A DNA stretch of 64,000 nt from Bdellovibrionota bacterium. GTDB lineage: Bacteria > Bdellovibrionota_G > JALEGL01 > DATDPG01. Of this stretch, positions 26,595 through 35,676 are shown piece after piece. The position numbers and the translations under genes were made by a program. The stretch lies in contig OY764265.1 of assembly GCA_963668355.1 (NCBI GenBank), positions 448,001 to 512,000 of the forward strand, given 5' to 3'. Numbering within the stretch: position 1 is the first letter of the stretch; each line of letters begins with the position of its first letter. Under the pieces are notes generated by a model that was not told the origin of the DNA, ran no database searches, and saw only the letters and a list, made by a program, of their open reading frames with translations.

Positions 26595-27671
26595 ATGAAG
26601 AATTGTCCATTATGCGGTCTGGCCATTGATAGCACAGACCTCATGCGCCATTATCTGCAGGATGAAGGCTTGGTGGCCTATATCCAGACCATCTATCCTG
26701 GATGGAAACCCGAAGACGGTGCCTGCGCGCCCTGTTTGGAGAGCATGGCGCATGATCATATTTCCAAGAATATGAATTCTGCCCCTCCGGAAGATTCTGG
26801 GGAAGAAAAGACCGTCATCACGGAAGCTCCTGAAATGATTCCGAGCTCTTTGAAGAGCCAACCCAGTGTGGTTGTGATTCATGGTGTGGATTTTGGACGC
26901 AAATTTGATTTGGATGGACGAGAATCCATCATCGGCCGAGGAGAACACTCTCAAATTCGTCTAAACGAAGACAATGTGTCTCGTGTGCATGCCAAGATCT
27001 TGAACCTGGGTGAAGAGATTCTCATTGAGGATCAAGACTCCACGAATGGAACCTTCGTCAACACACGAAAAGTCAAAACGCAGCCCCTTAAAGATGGGGA
27101 TCTCATTTTGATCGGAAACACGATCTTGAAATTCATGTCCGGTTCGAATGTGGAAAACCAATACCACGAAGAAATCTACCGTCTGGCGACCTTGGATGGC
27201 CTTACCCAACTCTTCAATAAAGCTTACTTCTTGGAAAAATTGGAGGATGAGTTCAGTCGTTCGAAACGATATGGACGTGATCTGGCGCTTCTCATGTTTG
27301 ACTTTGATCATTTCAAAGCCATCAACGATACTTACGGGCATCAAGCCGGTGATGAAGTCCTCAAGAAAACCGCCTTCATCATTCTCAAGAACATGCGAAA
27401 GGAAGATATTTGCGGACGGTATGGAGGTGAAGAGTTTGGATTACTCCTTCCAGAAACGCCCAAAGTTCATGCCGTTCAATTGGCCGAAAAAATTCGAAAA
27501 TTGGTCAAACGCATTCCCTATGCTTCGGGTGGAGACACCTTCAGCGTGACCATTAGCTTGGGCGTCGCCTACTTGAATCCGTCCATTGACACGTCCGAAG
27601 ATTTCATCGCCGCAGCCGACAAAGCCTTGTATCAAGCCAAGAAAGACGGTCGGGACTGCGTTCGGTCATAG
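26595..27671 (+). CDS. Diguanylate cyclase, FHA-GGDEF, with N-terminal Cys/His-rich domain
   Basis: FHA (IGR..SRVHA..STNGT), GGEEF with RKED I-site; N-terminal CPLC..H..CAPC. Confidence 0.92.
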   Translation: MKNCPLCGLAIDSTDLMRHYLQDEGLVAYIQTIYPGWKPEDGACAPCLESMAHDHISKNMNSAPPEDSGEEKTVITEAPEMIPSSLKSQPSVVVIHGVDFGRKFDLDGRESIIGRGEHSQIRLNEDNVSRVHAKILNLGEEILIEDQDSTNGTFVNTRKVKTQPLKDGDLILIGNTILKFMSGSNVENQYHEEIYRLATLDGLTQLFNKAYFLEKLEDEFSRSKRYGRDLALLMFDFDHFKAINDTYGHQAGDEVLKKTAFIILKNMRKEDICGRYGGEEFGLLLPETPKVHAVQLAEKIRKLVKRIPYASGGDTFSVTISLGVAYLNPSIDTSEDFIAAADKALYQAKKDGRDCVRS

Positions 27672-27743
27672 TTCCGAACTGGGAAACGGGTCTTTTGGCT
27701 GAATTTGCCTTTTTAAGCAGCATTGGATAGGCATCTCTCTTTC

Positions 27744-29471
27744 ATGACTGTTGTGAAACGAAAAATCCAACGATTGTCCGAGTCCGTGATTCAAAAAATC
27801 GCGGCCGGTGAAGTGGTGGAGCGCCCGGCGTCCATCGTCAAAGAGTTGTTGGAAAATTCTCTGGATGCCGGAGCTCGGCGGATTGAAATTCGTCTGGCGG
27901 ATGGCGGGAAAAAAGCTATCCATATTGTAGATGACGGACAGGGCATGTCACCGGAAGAAGCTCTTTTGGCATTGGAGCGTCATGCGACGTCCAAGATCTC
28001 TCAAGCCGAAGACTTAGACTCCATTGAAACCTTTGGATTTCGGGGTGAGGCGCTCGCGAGCATTGGAGCCATTTCTCATCTGGAACTGATGACGCGACCC
28101 GAAGGAGAATCTGAAGGCACAAAGATTCGTGTAATGGGGGGCGAGAAAAAAGGACCCATGCCACATGGTCATCCCGTCGGAACGTCCATTCATGTTTCCA
28201 ATCTTTTTTACAATGTTCCGACGCGAAAAAAATTCTTAAAAGGAAAAACCACTGAATTGGGTCACATCGACACGATGATTCGTCGAATGGCTCTCACGCA
28301 TTTTGATCGAAGTTTCTTGGTGGAACACGAAGGCACCGTCTCCCTTCAAACTTCTGCATGTGATTCCTTGAAGGAAAGGCTTTTGCAATTATATGGGGAA
28401 GACGTGTGCAAAAACCTGGTTCCCGTGGAAGCACAAGAGGGACCGCTTCGGGTATCGGGGTTCATCTCCAATGCTCACTTGAATTATTCTCGGGCCAAGG
28501 AGTTGTGGCTTTCGGTCAACGGACGACATGTTCGAGATCGCGTGTTGCAAGCGGCAGTTATGGAAGGATATCGAACCGCGCTGATGGAGCGGCGCTATCC
28601 CTTCGCCGTCATTCAGGTACACGTACCTCCCGACACTGTGGATGTGAATATTCATCCCACCAAAATGGAAGTGCGTTTTTCCGATTCGCAATCCGTTTTT
28701 CGTTTGATTGTGCACGCCATTTCAAACGCGTTGACGTCCAAGGAGGTATTGACACCCTCTTCCTGGAAGCCTTCTTTCTCACATGCCGCTTCGCAAGCCC
28801 CGACGACTTCCGGTTCGTTCGGGTTTTCCAATGTTGTGGCTCGAATGCCGGCGGAGCCGTATCGTGCGGATCCAACGCCCCAAGAAGGATTCTTTTCGGC
28901 CTTGGAGTGGTTGGGGGTTTTGGACCACACGTATCAACTGTGTCGAACGGCGGACGAACTCATTGTCATCGATCAACATGCCGCCCATGAGCGTGTGCTC
29001 TTTGAAAAACTTAAAAAAGCCTACCAAACACAAAAGCCAGAGTGTCAAACGCTCTTACTGCCCATCACGTTTGAGACCACGCCCGAACGAGAACGCCAAC
29101 TCTTGGACCTCGCGCCGCTCTTGCAAAAACTCGGATTTCTCATTGAGTCCTTTGGGCCTCGAACCTTGGTCGTCAAAGAAGTTCCGGCCATTCTGGCCAA
29201 AACCAATCCAGAGTCTTTGTTGATTGATTTGGCGGATGCCGCTGAAACCGAAAACAAGGAGGCGCCCTTTGTGGATCGGCTGGATGATTTGTTCAGCCGT
29301 ATGGCGTGTCATCGTTCCATTCGTGCCCACGACGCCATCACGGCCTCAGAATTTCGAGCTTTGGCCCAGGCGTTGGACGAAAGCGATCATCCTTCGCAAT
29401 GTCCCCATGGCCGCCCCACTTTTTTACGCCTTTCGATTGAAGACTTGGAAAGATTGTTCAAACGCGCATGA
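27744..29471 (+). CDS. mutL: DNA mismatch repair endonuclease MutL
   Basis: IAAGEVVERPAS, GFRGEAL, DVNIHPTK, DQHAAHER, CPHGRP. Confidence 0.97.
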   Translation: MTVVKRKIQRLSESVIQKIAAGEVVERPASIVKELLENSLDAGARRIEIRLADGGKKAIHIVDDGQGMSPEEALLALERHATSKISQAEDLDSIETFGFRGEALASIGAISHLELMTRPEGESEGTKIRVMGGEKKGPMPHGHPVGTSIHVSNLFYNVPTRKKFLKGKTTELGHIDTMIRRMALTHFDRSFLVEHEGTVSLQTSACDSLKERLLQLYGEDVCKNLVPVEAQEGPLRVSGFISNAHLNYSRAKELWLSVNGRHVRDRVLQAAVMEGYRTALMERRYPFAVIQVHVPPDTVDVNIHPTKMEVRFSDSQSVFRLIVHAISNALTSKEVLTPSSWKPSFSHAASQAPTTSGSFGFSNVVARMPAEPYRADPTPQEGFFSALEWLGVLDHTYQLCRTADELIVIDQHAAHERVLFEKLKKAYQTQKPECQTLLLPITFETTPERERQLLDLAPLLQKLGFLIESFGPRTLVVKEVPAILAKTNPESLLIDLADAAETENKEAPFVDRLDDLFSRMACHRSIRAHDAITASEFRALAQALDESDHPSQCPHGRPTFLRLSIEDLERLFKRA

Positions 29472-30358
29472 TTCCAAAGATTGTCATTCTGACCGGGCCC
29501 ACGGCTTCGGGAAAAACCTCTTTGGCCCTCCAATTGGCCCAAGATTTCGCCTTGGAAATTGTCAATGCCGACAGTCTGCAGGTGTATCGTTACCTTAATA
29601 TAGGAACCGCCAAACCCACACCCGAAGAACAGAAACAGGTTCCCCACCATCTCATCGATGTCCTGGACCCCGATGAGGAAGCCAATGCGTATTGGTATTC
29701 GGGGGTCGCTTTGGAGAAGATTCAAGACATCGTCGCGCGGGGGAAAACGCCTCTGGTTGTGGGAGGAAGTCCTTTCTATCTTCAAGCCCTGGAACGCCCT
29801 CCCCAAGAGGAAAGCCAAGTACCTAGAATCACAATTGAAAACTTGGAAGAGGCCCATAGCGAACTCGCACAAAAAGACCCCGAAGCCGCAAAAAAAATTC
29901 ATCCCAACGACCGGTACCGCCTGGAAAGGGCCCTGGCCCTGCTGGCCAAGGATATGCAGCCCAGCCAGGAATGGAAGAAAGCTGCTCATCAGCCCCCGGT
30001 CGTTCAAGCCCATTGGTTGGCGCTGGACATTCCGAGGCCAAAGCTTTATGACCGCATCCATCTCCGGATGGAGCAGATGTTTGACAACGGCTTGATTGAA
30101 GAGGCCCAAAGCGTATTGGAGAGATTTCCGGCCTCAAAACCACGCCTGCAAAAGACCATTGGATACAAGGAAGTCTTGAGCTTTCTGGAGGGGGACTTGC
30201 CGAAAGAAGCCGCCCTGGAAAAAGCCCAGCAAGCCACACGAAATTATGCCAAGCGACAAATGACTTGGTTTCGGGCAGAATCACGAGTTCAATGGCTTGA
30301 ATCTTTAACTGCGTTGGATCGAGCCCGCGAGATCATGGAAGAGGTGAAGGAAGCATGA
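29468..30358 (+). CDS. miaA: tRNA dimethylallyltransferase
   Basis: [29 protein letters not shown]. Confidence 0.97.
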   Translation: MIPKIVILTGPTASGKTSLALQLAQDFALEIVNADSLQVYRYLNIGTAKPTPEEQKQVPHHLIDVLDPDEEANAYWYSGVALEKIQDIVARGKTPLVVGGSPFYLQALERPPQEESQVPRITIENLEEAHSELAQKDPEAAKKIHPNDRYRLERALALLAKDMQPSQEWKKAAHQPPVVQAHWLALDIPRPKLYDRIHLRMEQMFDNGLIEEAQSVLERFPASKPRLQKTIGYKEVLSFLEGDLPKEAALEKAQQATRNYAKRQMTWFRAESRVQWLESLTALDRAREIMEEVKEA

Positions 30359-31326
30359 AGTTTTATCTCGATTTCGAGAAACCCATTGTTGAGTTGGAAC
30401 GCAAAATTGCTGAGTTACGGGACTTTTCTCAAAATGAGAATTTGGACATTCGAGAAGAATTGAAAAAACTCGAAACCAAACGGAATAAACTCATCACGGA
30501 TGTGTTTTCGAAACTGAGTCCCTGGCAAACCACACAACTATCCAGGCACTCTGAACGTCCCTATACCCGCGACTATTTTGATTCGGTCTTTGAAGATTTT
30601 ACGGAACTTCATGGAGACCGAAACTTTGCGGATGACCCAGCCATCATCGGAGGACTCGCGCGCTTTCTGGGACAACCCGTTCTTGTCTTGGGACACCAAA
30701 AAGGTCGAACGACTAAAGAGAAGGTGCGACGAAATTTTGGCATGCCCAGACCGGAAGGCTATCGAAAAGCCTTGCGTTTAATGAGCATGGGGGAACGTTT
30801 TCACATTCCCATCATCACGTTGATTGATACGCCGGGAGCCTATCCAGGAGTCGGCGCCGAAGAGCGTGGGCAAGCGGAAGCCATTGCCAAAAACATCTTG
30901 GTGATGTCGGTTCTGAAAACGCCCATCATCTCCATCGTCATTGGCGAAGGTGGCTCCGGAGGAGCCTTGGCTGTCGGCGTGGCCGATCGGATTTTGATGT
31001 TGCAGTACTCGGTGTATTCGGTCATTTCACCCGAATCCTGTGCCGCCATTTTATGGAGGGATTCTCAAAAAGCCGAGTTGGCCGCCAAGGCCTTAAAACT
31101 CACCGCCCCGAGCATTAAAGAATTGGGCATCGCGGATGACATCATTCCCGAACCTCATGGTGGGGCCCATCGAGATTTTGAAGCCATAACCGGTTCGATT
31201 CGAAAATACCTGAAGAAACATCTGGACGAGTTGAACGCCATGGATCCCGAAGACCTCGTTAAGAAACGTTACGATAAATATCGCAAGATCGGCTACTTCG
31301 CCAACGGTACCGGCAAAACGCCCTAA
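30355..31326 (+). CDS. accA: Acetyl-CoA carboxylase carboxyltransferase alpha subunit
   Basis: [29 protein letters not shown]. Confidence 0.97.
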   Translation: MKFYLDFEKPIVELERKIAELRDFSQNENLDIREELKKLETKRNKLITDVFSKLSPWQTTQLSRHSERPYTRDYFDSVFEDFTELHGDRNFADDPAIIGGLARFLGQPVLVLGHQKGRTTKEKVRRNFGMPRPEGYRKALRLMSMGERFHIPIITLIDTPGAYPGVGAEERGQAEAIAKNILVMSVLKTPIISIVIGEGGSGGALAVGVADRILMLQYSVYSVISPESCAAILWRDSQKAELAAKALKLTAPSIKELGIADDIIPEPHGGAHRDFEAITGSIRKYLKKHLDELNAMDPEDLVKKRYDKYRKIGYFANGTGKTP

Positions 31327-31347
31327 TGGTTTTGAATCGCGCGTTCT

Positions 31348-32790
31348 CTACACAGAGGTTTCTGTAGAAGAGGTGTCTGCATCTGTTGCTTCGGGTTCCA
31401 CAACCTCGGGATCTTCCGCTTTTTCTTCGGGATTGGGTTCCGCTGCAACTTCGACGGCCTCTCCTTGAACCGGGTGGTCCTGACGAAAAGCTTTGATCCG
31501 CGTTTCAAAGGCCGAGAAATCTTCTTTGCCAATCATGGACACACAGGCACGCACGCCCTCTTCCCGCGTGCTATGCGTGATCAAAAGCGTCGTGGAAGAG
31601 ATGCCATAATAAAGAAGTTCTTTGACCAACTCTCCACCGGTCATCCCTGGATAGGAGAATGTAAAATAAAATCCATCGGCCAACGGTTCGCCCAAATCTT
31701 CCTGGTAGACCAATTGGAATCCCTGGTCCTTCATCACCTTTCGAAGATGGTTGGCCCGCGTCGCATACTCCTTCACATTTTTGACGAAGTTGAACTCGCC
31801 CTTGTTCACTTTTCGAAGCAAGGTCAGCAAACCATACTGCGGACTTTGCGGAACACTGGATGTTGTGCAATACAAGGCAGACAACAAGAAGGCTTCCCCA
31901 AAAGATTTGAAACGAAAATGTGAAACCAATCCTTCAAATTCGCGTTGGGCCAATGTCGGAGAAATGGCCGCAATGGCTGCACGTTGTCCGGCATAGCTAA
32001 AGATCTTCGAAGCCGAAAGAAGGATGACATAATTGTCGGTGTATTTGGCAATCGTGGGAGGATAAGGCGGCTCTCCGGGAATGGAATAATCCCTTCGATC
32101 ATCCATGGCAAAGTAGGCGATGTCTTCAATGGCCACGACATCGTATTTCGTACAAATTTCACCCAATCGACGAATCTCGTCTTCCGTCAAAATCATCCAG
32201 GTCGGATTATTTGGCGTGGAATATAAGATCGCGCCGATCTTTCCTTGGGCACATTTTTCTTCCACACGGTCCAACCAGCCCGAGCGATCATACAAATCCA
32301 CCGAGTCATCTTTCAAACCCAGGAAACGGGTCTGCATGCGATGGACCGAGAAACAGGGATCCACAAACAAGATCGTGTCTTTCTCTGGGAATCGGCGACC
32401 GGCAACTGCCTGGGACAAGAAACCGCCTTGCATCGAACCCACCGTAGGAAGAACCCATTGAGAAGGAATTTCAATGTCCATGAAAAGCTTGAAAAACTTC
32501 GCAGCTTCTTCTTTGAGTGCAGGAACTCCGCCAATGGGAGCATAAGAAGCAGGAATGCGCGCATTTCGAAGCGCACCGATCTCGCCTTCAATCGCCATGG
32601 GATGTGGGTCCAATCCGGGGACCCCCATTTCCATTCGAAGAAAGCGCGTGGACAAACGCGTTTCGGCCTCTCCCACGACCGCCACCATTTGTCGAATGGA
32701 GGCATACGCAGGATCCACGTGATGTTTTTCCAAAATTTCGTTGATGATCTCTCGATTCAAACGGACATCTTTCTCGGATAGCTCTGCCAT
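31348..32790 (-). CDS. PLP-dependent aminotransferase class I/II
   Basis: PNNPT, EDIAY, SASKIFSYAGQR; acidic C-terminal tail. Confidence 0.9.
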   Translation of the reverse strand: MAELSEKDVRLNREIINEILEKHHVDPAYASIRQMVAVVGEAETRLSTRFLRMEMGVPGLDPHPMAIEGEIGALRNARIPASYAPIGGVPALKEEAAKFFKLFMDIEIPSQWVLPTVGSMQGGFLSQAVAGRRFPEKDTILFVDPCFSVHRMQTRFLGLKDDSVDLYDRSGWLDRVEEKCAQGKIGAILYSTPNNPTWMILTEDEIRRLGEICTKYDVVAIEDIAYFAMDDRRDYSIPGEPPYPPTIAKYTDNYVILLSASKIFSYAGQRAAIAAISPTLAQREFEGLVSHFRFKSFGEAFLLSALYCTTSSVPQSPQYGLLTLLRKVNKGEFNFVKNVKEYATRANHLRKVMKDQGFQLVYQEDLGEPLADGFYFTFSYPGMTGGELVKELLYYGISSTTLLITHSTREEGVRACVSMIGKEDFSAFETRIKAFRQDHPVQGEAVEVAAEPNPEEKAEDPEVVEPEATDADTSSTETSV

Positions 32791-32873
32791 AGTGGGTGCC
32801 TTATATCGCCAAAACCCGCTTTACACCATGTTTTCCGTAAAGAAACTCGCCTCACTTCCCTTTATGAGCTAAT

Positions 32874-34400
32874 TTGAACCCCATGCGGCTATCGATTCGA
32901 AGCAAGGTTTTGGCCACTTATGGGGTCCTGGCCGTTTTGCTTTTGGTGGTGTTGTTTTCCAGCCTCACCCGAATCAACCGAATCGGAACCCGCTTGAACG
33001 TGATTCGTGACGCCTACCTCCCCATTGCCAAAACCATCAACGCCTCCCTCAATTTCTATCATTTGGATGAAGGCTTTGATGTGGCGCGAATCATCGCTAA
33101 CCGTCAGAACCGTCTGTTCATGGATTCCATTACGTTAACCAATCCTCGGCTTCTGGAAGGGGGGCTCAAAAAAGGGCTCTTGGATGCACGCGCCATTTTG
33201 GCCCAACATCCTTCTCCGGCGGAAGAACGAAGAATGGGCCGTATTGCCGCCTTGATCGATGATTTGGTCAATCACCATCGAAAATATACGACGCTCATTT
33301 CCCAGGTGAATCACCTTCTTCAAAAAGGGAAGATCTCTAAGGCCCAAGCCAAAAACCCGTCCATCCTTCAGGCCAAACGAACGGTTCGAAACAAAATTGA
33401 ATTTTTGAACCGGCGCTTGGACGAACAAATTCAAGAAGGCATCCACTCCACGTTGGCGGAAGAAAAAAGCGCCATTTTTTGGACCCTCTCTCTTTCGGTG
33501 GGCACGTTGATTTTGGCGTTGTTCATTGGTTTGGTGGCGCTGTTCATGCTCCGGCCGCTGGCCAAGCTCAAACGGGCCGCGCAAGAAATTGCTGCCGGAG
33601 ATTTGAAACAACGGGTCTCCATCAAAACCCGAGACGAAATCGGTGAATTGGGACAAGAGTTCAATCGAATGGCCGATTCCATTCAAGAAAGAGACCGGGT
33701 CTTACATACGCAGCAAGAACGATTGGTTCAAACCGAGAAGATGGCGGTGGTGGGACGCATGGCTTCCAAAATCAGTCATGAAATTCGAAACCCGTTGAAT
33801 GCCTTGGGATTGAATATTGAAATGCTTGAAGACGAAGTTGCCAGTGAAGAAGGGAGAAAAATTCTTCAGTCCACCTTGGCGGCCATTGATCGCTTGAATC
33901 ACGTGGCGGAAAGCTATCTTTCCATGGCCCGCGCACCCAAACAGGACGCCCAAGAACTCAACCTTTTGCCCCTTCTTTCCCGTTTGGAAAAATTGATTGA
34001 AGCCGAGTGCAAAGAAAAAGACCTTTCGTTTCGTCTCGAAATTCCTGAGAGCCTTCCTCGCATCAAGGCTGATGCGACACGCATTGAGCAATCCATGTTG
34101 AATTTGGTTCGGAATGCCATGGAAGCTTCTTCCAAAGGGAATTCGTTTGGAATCAAAGTCAACGCCCAAGACCAACACGTACACATTCATGTCTGGGATC
34201 AGGGTTCCGGAATTTCCGAAGAACAAAAGAACCGCATTTTTGATCCCTTCTTTACTACCAAGGACAAAGGAACCGGATTGGGCCTATCCATTACAAACGA
34301 AATCATTCGGGAAGAAGGCGGAGAGATTATCTGCAATAGCCAACCGAATGAGGGCACATGCTTTGAAATCAAACTCCCCACATCCACTTCCAATGTTTAA
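32874..34400 (+). CDS. Membrane sensor histidine kinase (HAMP-HisKA-HATPase)
   Basis: Two TM segments, HAMP (DEIGEL), SHEIRNPL, N box, DQGSG, FFTTK, GTGLGL. Confidence 0.95.
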   Translation: MNPMRLSIRSKVLATYGVLAVLLLVVLFSSLTRINRIGTRLNVIRDAYLPIAKTINASLNFYHLDEGFDVARIIANRQNRLFMDSITLTNPRLLEGGLKKGLLDARAILAQHPSPAEERRMGRIAALIDDLVNHHRKYTTLISQVNHLLQKGKISKAQAKNPSILQAKRTVRNKIEFLNRRLDEQIQEGIHSTLAEEKSAIFWTLSLSVGTLILALFIGLVALFMLRPLAKLKRAAQEIAAGDLKQRVSIKTRDEIGELGQEFNRMADSIQERDRVLHTQQERLVQTEKMAVVGRMASKISHEIRNPLNALGLNIEMLEDEVASEEGRKILQSTLAAIDRLNHVAESYLSMARAPKQDAQELNLLPLLSRLEKLIEAECKEKDLSFRLEIPESLPRIKADATRIEQSMLNLVRNAMEASSKGNSFGIKVNAQDQHVHIHVWDQGSGISEEQKNRIFDPFFTTKDKGTGLGLSITNEIIREEGGEIICNSQPNEGTCFEIKLPTSTSNV

Positions 34401-35676
34401 AGAACTCCTCGAATATTTGAACCAACTGGGTGAAAGTCGCATGCGTCTTGGACTGGGACCTACACGACAAATCTTGGATCGTCTCGACTCTCCGGACCAG
34501 AAGCTTTCCTCCGTCATCATTTCTGGAACCAATGGAAAAGGTTCTACCTGTTCCTTTCTCACGAGCATCGCAATGGAGGCGGGAAAAAAAGTGGGCACCT
34601 TTACGTCTCCCCATTTGGAATCGGTGACCGAGCGCATTCAAATCAATGGCCGGCCCGTGGACGAAGGACGGTTTGGCGAAATCGGCAAATCTTTGGCCGC
34701 GCGTTTGAAAGAGTTTCAACTTGAAGACCTGACTTATTTTGAATTTTTGACCGTCTTAGCGGTGTTGATTTTCGAAAAAGAACACGTGGACTTGGCCATT
34801 TTTGAAGTGGGATTGGGAGGAAGACTGGACGCCACCAACTCCTTGCATCGCATCGCCGTCGGGATCACTCGCATCGATTTCGACCATGAAAAACTCTTGG
34901 GCAACACCCTCACAAAAATTGCTTTGGAAAAAGGTGCCATCATGCGTCCTGGGATGCCGGCGATCTTGGCTCCTCAAGACCCAGAAGCTCTTTTGGCTCT
35001 GGAGCAACAGGCACGAGAAATTGGAAGTCGCTGGATTCTTGTCGACGACTCCTTGCGCTTTTCACATCTGGGACTGAAGGGTTTCCATCAACATGAAAAT
35101 GCCCAGTGTGCGGCCGAATTGGCGAAAGCCCTTTCTTTTTCCTCGCAAGACATTCAACGCGGTTTGGCGCAGGCCACACTTCCCGGTCGACTGGAAAAGT
35201 GGGCGCATTCTGATGGAAGAGAAGTCTGGCTAGACATTGCGCATAATCCTTCGGCCGCAGAAAGCCTCGCGCAGTTCTTCACGGAGAATCATCTGGGGCC
35301 CTTTCATTTGGTCTGGGGAATGTTGAAAGACAAGCGCTTCGAAACCTTTTTCAAATGCATTCAACCCCATTGCCAAACGATCACGCTCTGCGCTCCGCCT
35401 TCATCCAGGTCTTGGAATCTTCAGGAGATTCAACAACGTTTACCTCTTGAAAAAACAACCTGCATTGAGGATCCCCTTCAAGCTCTGACGTTTGCCTTAA
35501 CTCAATCGGAACCGGTCCTATGCACGGGTTCATCTTATCTGGTGGGGAACCTCCGACCTTGGCTCAGAAACCAAGGTTTCTCGAATCATTCGGAAGAGGG
35601 AGGACGAACATCCGAAAAGGGATTGCCCGACTCTTTGGAAGGTTTCTCTCTTCGAGGCAAGGGACGCTCAGCATAA
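34393..35676 (+). CDS. folC: Folylpolyglutamate synthase / dihydrofolate synthase
   Basis: GTNGKGS, FTSPHL, EVGLGGRLDATN, PGRLE, DIAHNP, GSSYLVG; start ATG 34393 overlaps the kinase stop. Confidence 0.93.
   Translation: MFKELLEYLNQLGESRMRLGLGPTRQILDRLDSPDQKLSSVIISGTNGKGSTCSFLTSIAMEAGKKVGTFTSPHLESVTERIQINGRPVDEGRFGEIGKSLAARLKEFQLEDLTYFEFLTVLAVLIFEKEHVDLAIFEVGLGGRLDATNSLHRIAVGITRIDFDHEKLLGNTLTKIALEKGAIMRPGMPAILAPQDPEALLALEQQAREIGSRWILVDDSLRFSHLGLKGFHQHENAQCAAELAKALSFSSQDIQRGLAQATLPGRLEKWAHSDGREVWLDIAHNPSAAESLAQFFTENHLGPFHLVWGMLKDKRFETFFKCIQPHCQTITLCAPPSSRSWNLQEIQQRLPLEKTTCIEDPLQALTFALTQSEPVLCTGSSYLVGNLRPWLRNQGFSNHSEEGGRTSEKGLPDSLEGFSLRGKGRSA

Noticed and set aside
34114..34392. N-terminal extension of FolC in the ORF track
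   Set aside because: It overlaps the kinase C-terminus in another frame; FolC similarity starts at ATG 34393.
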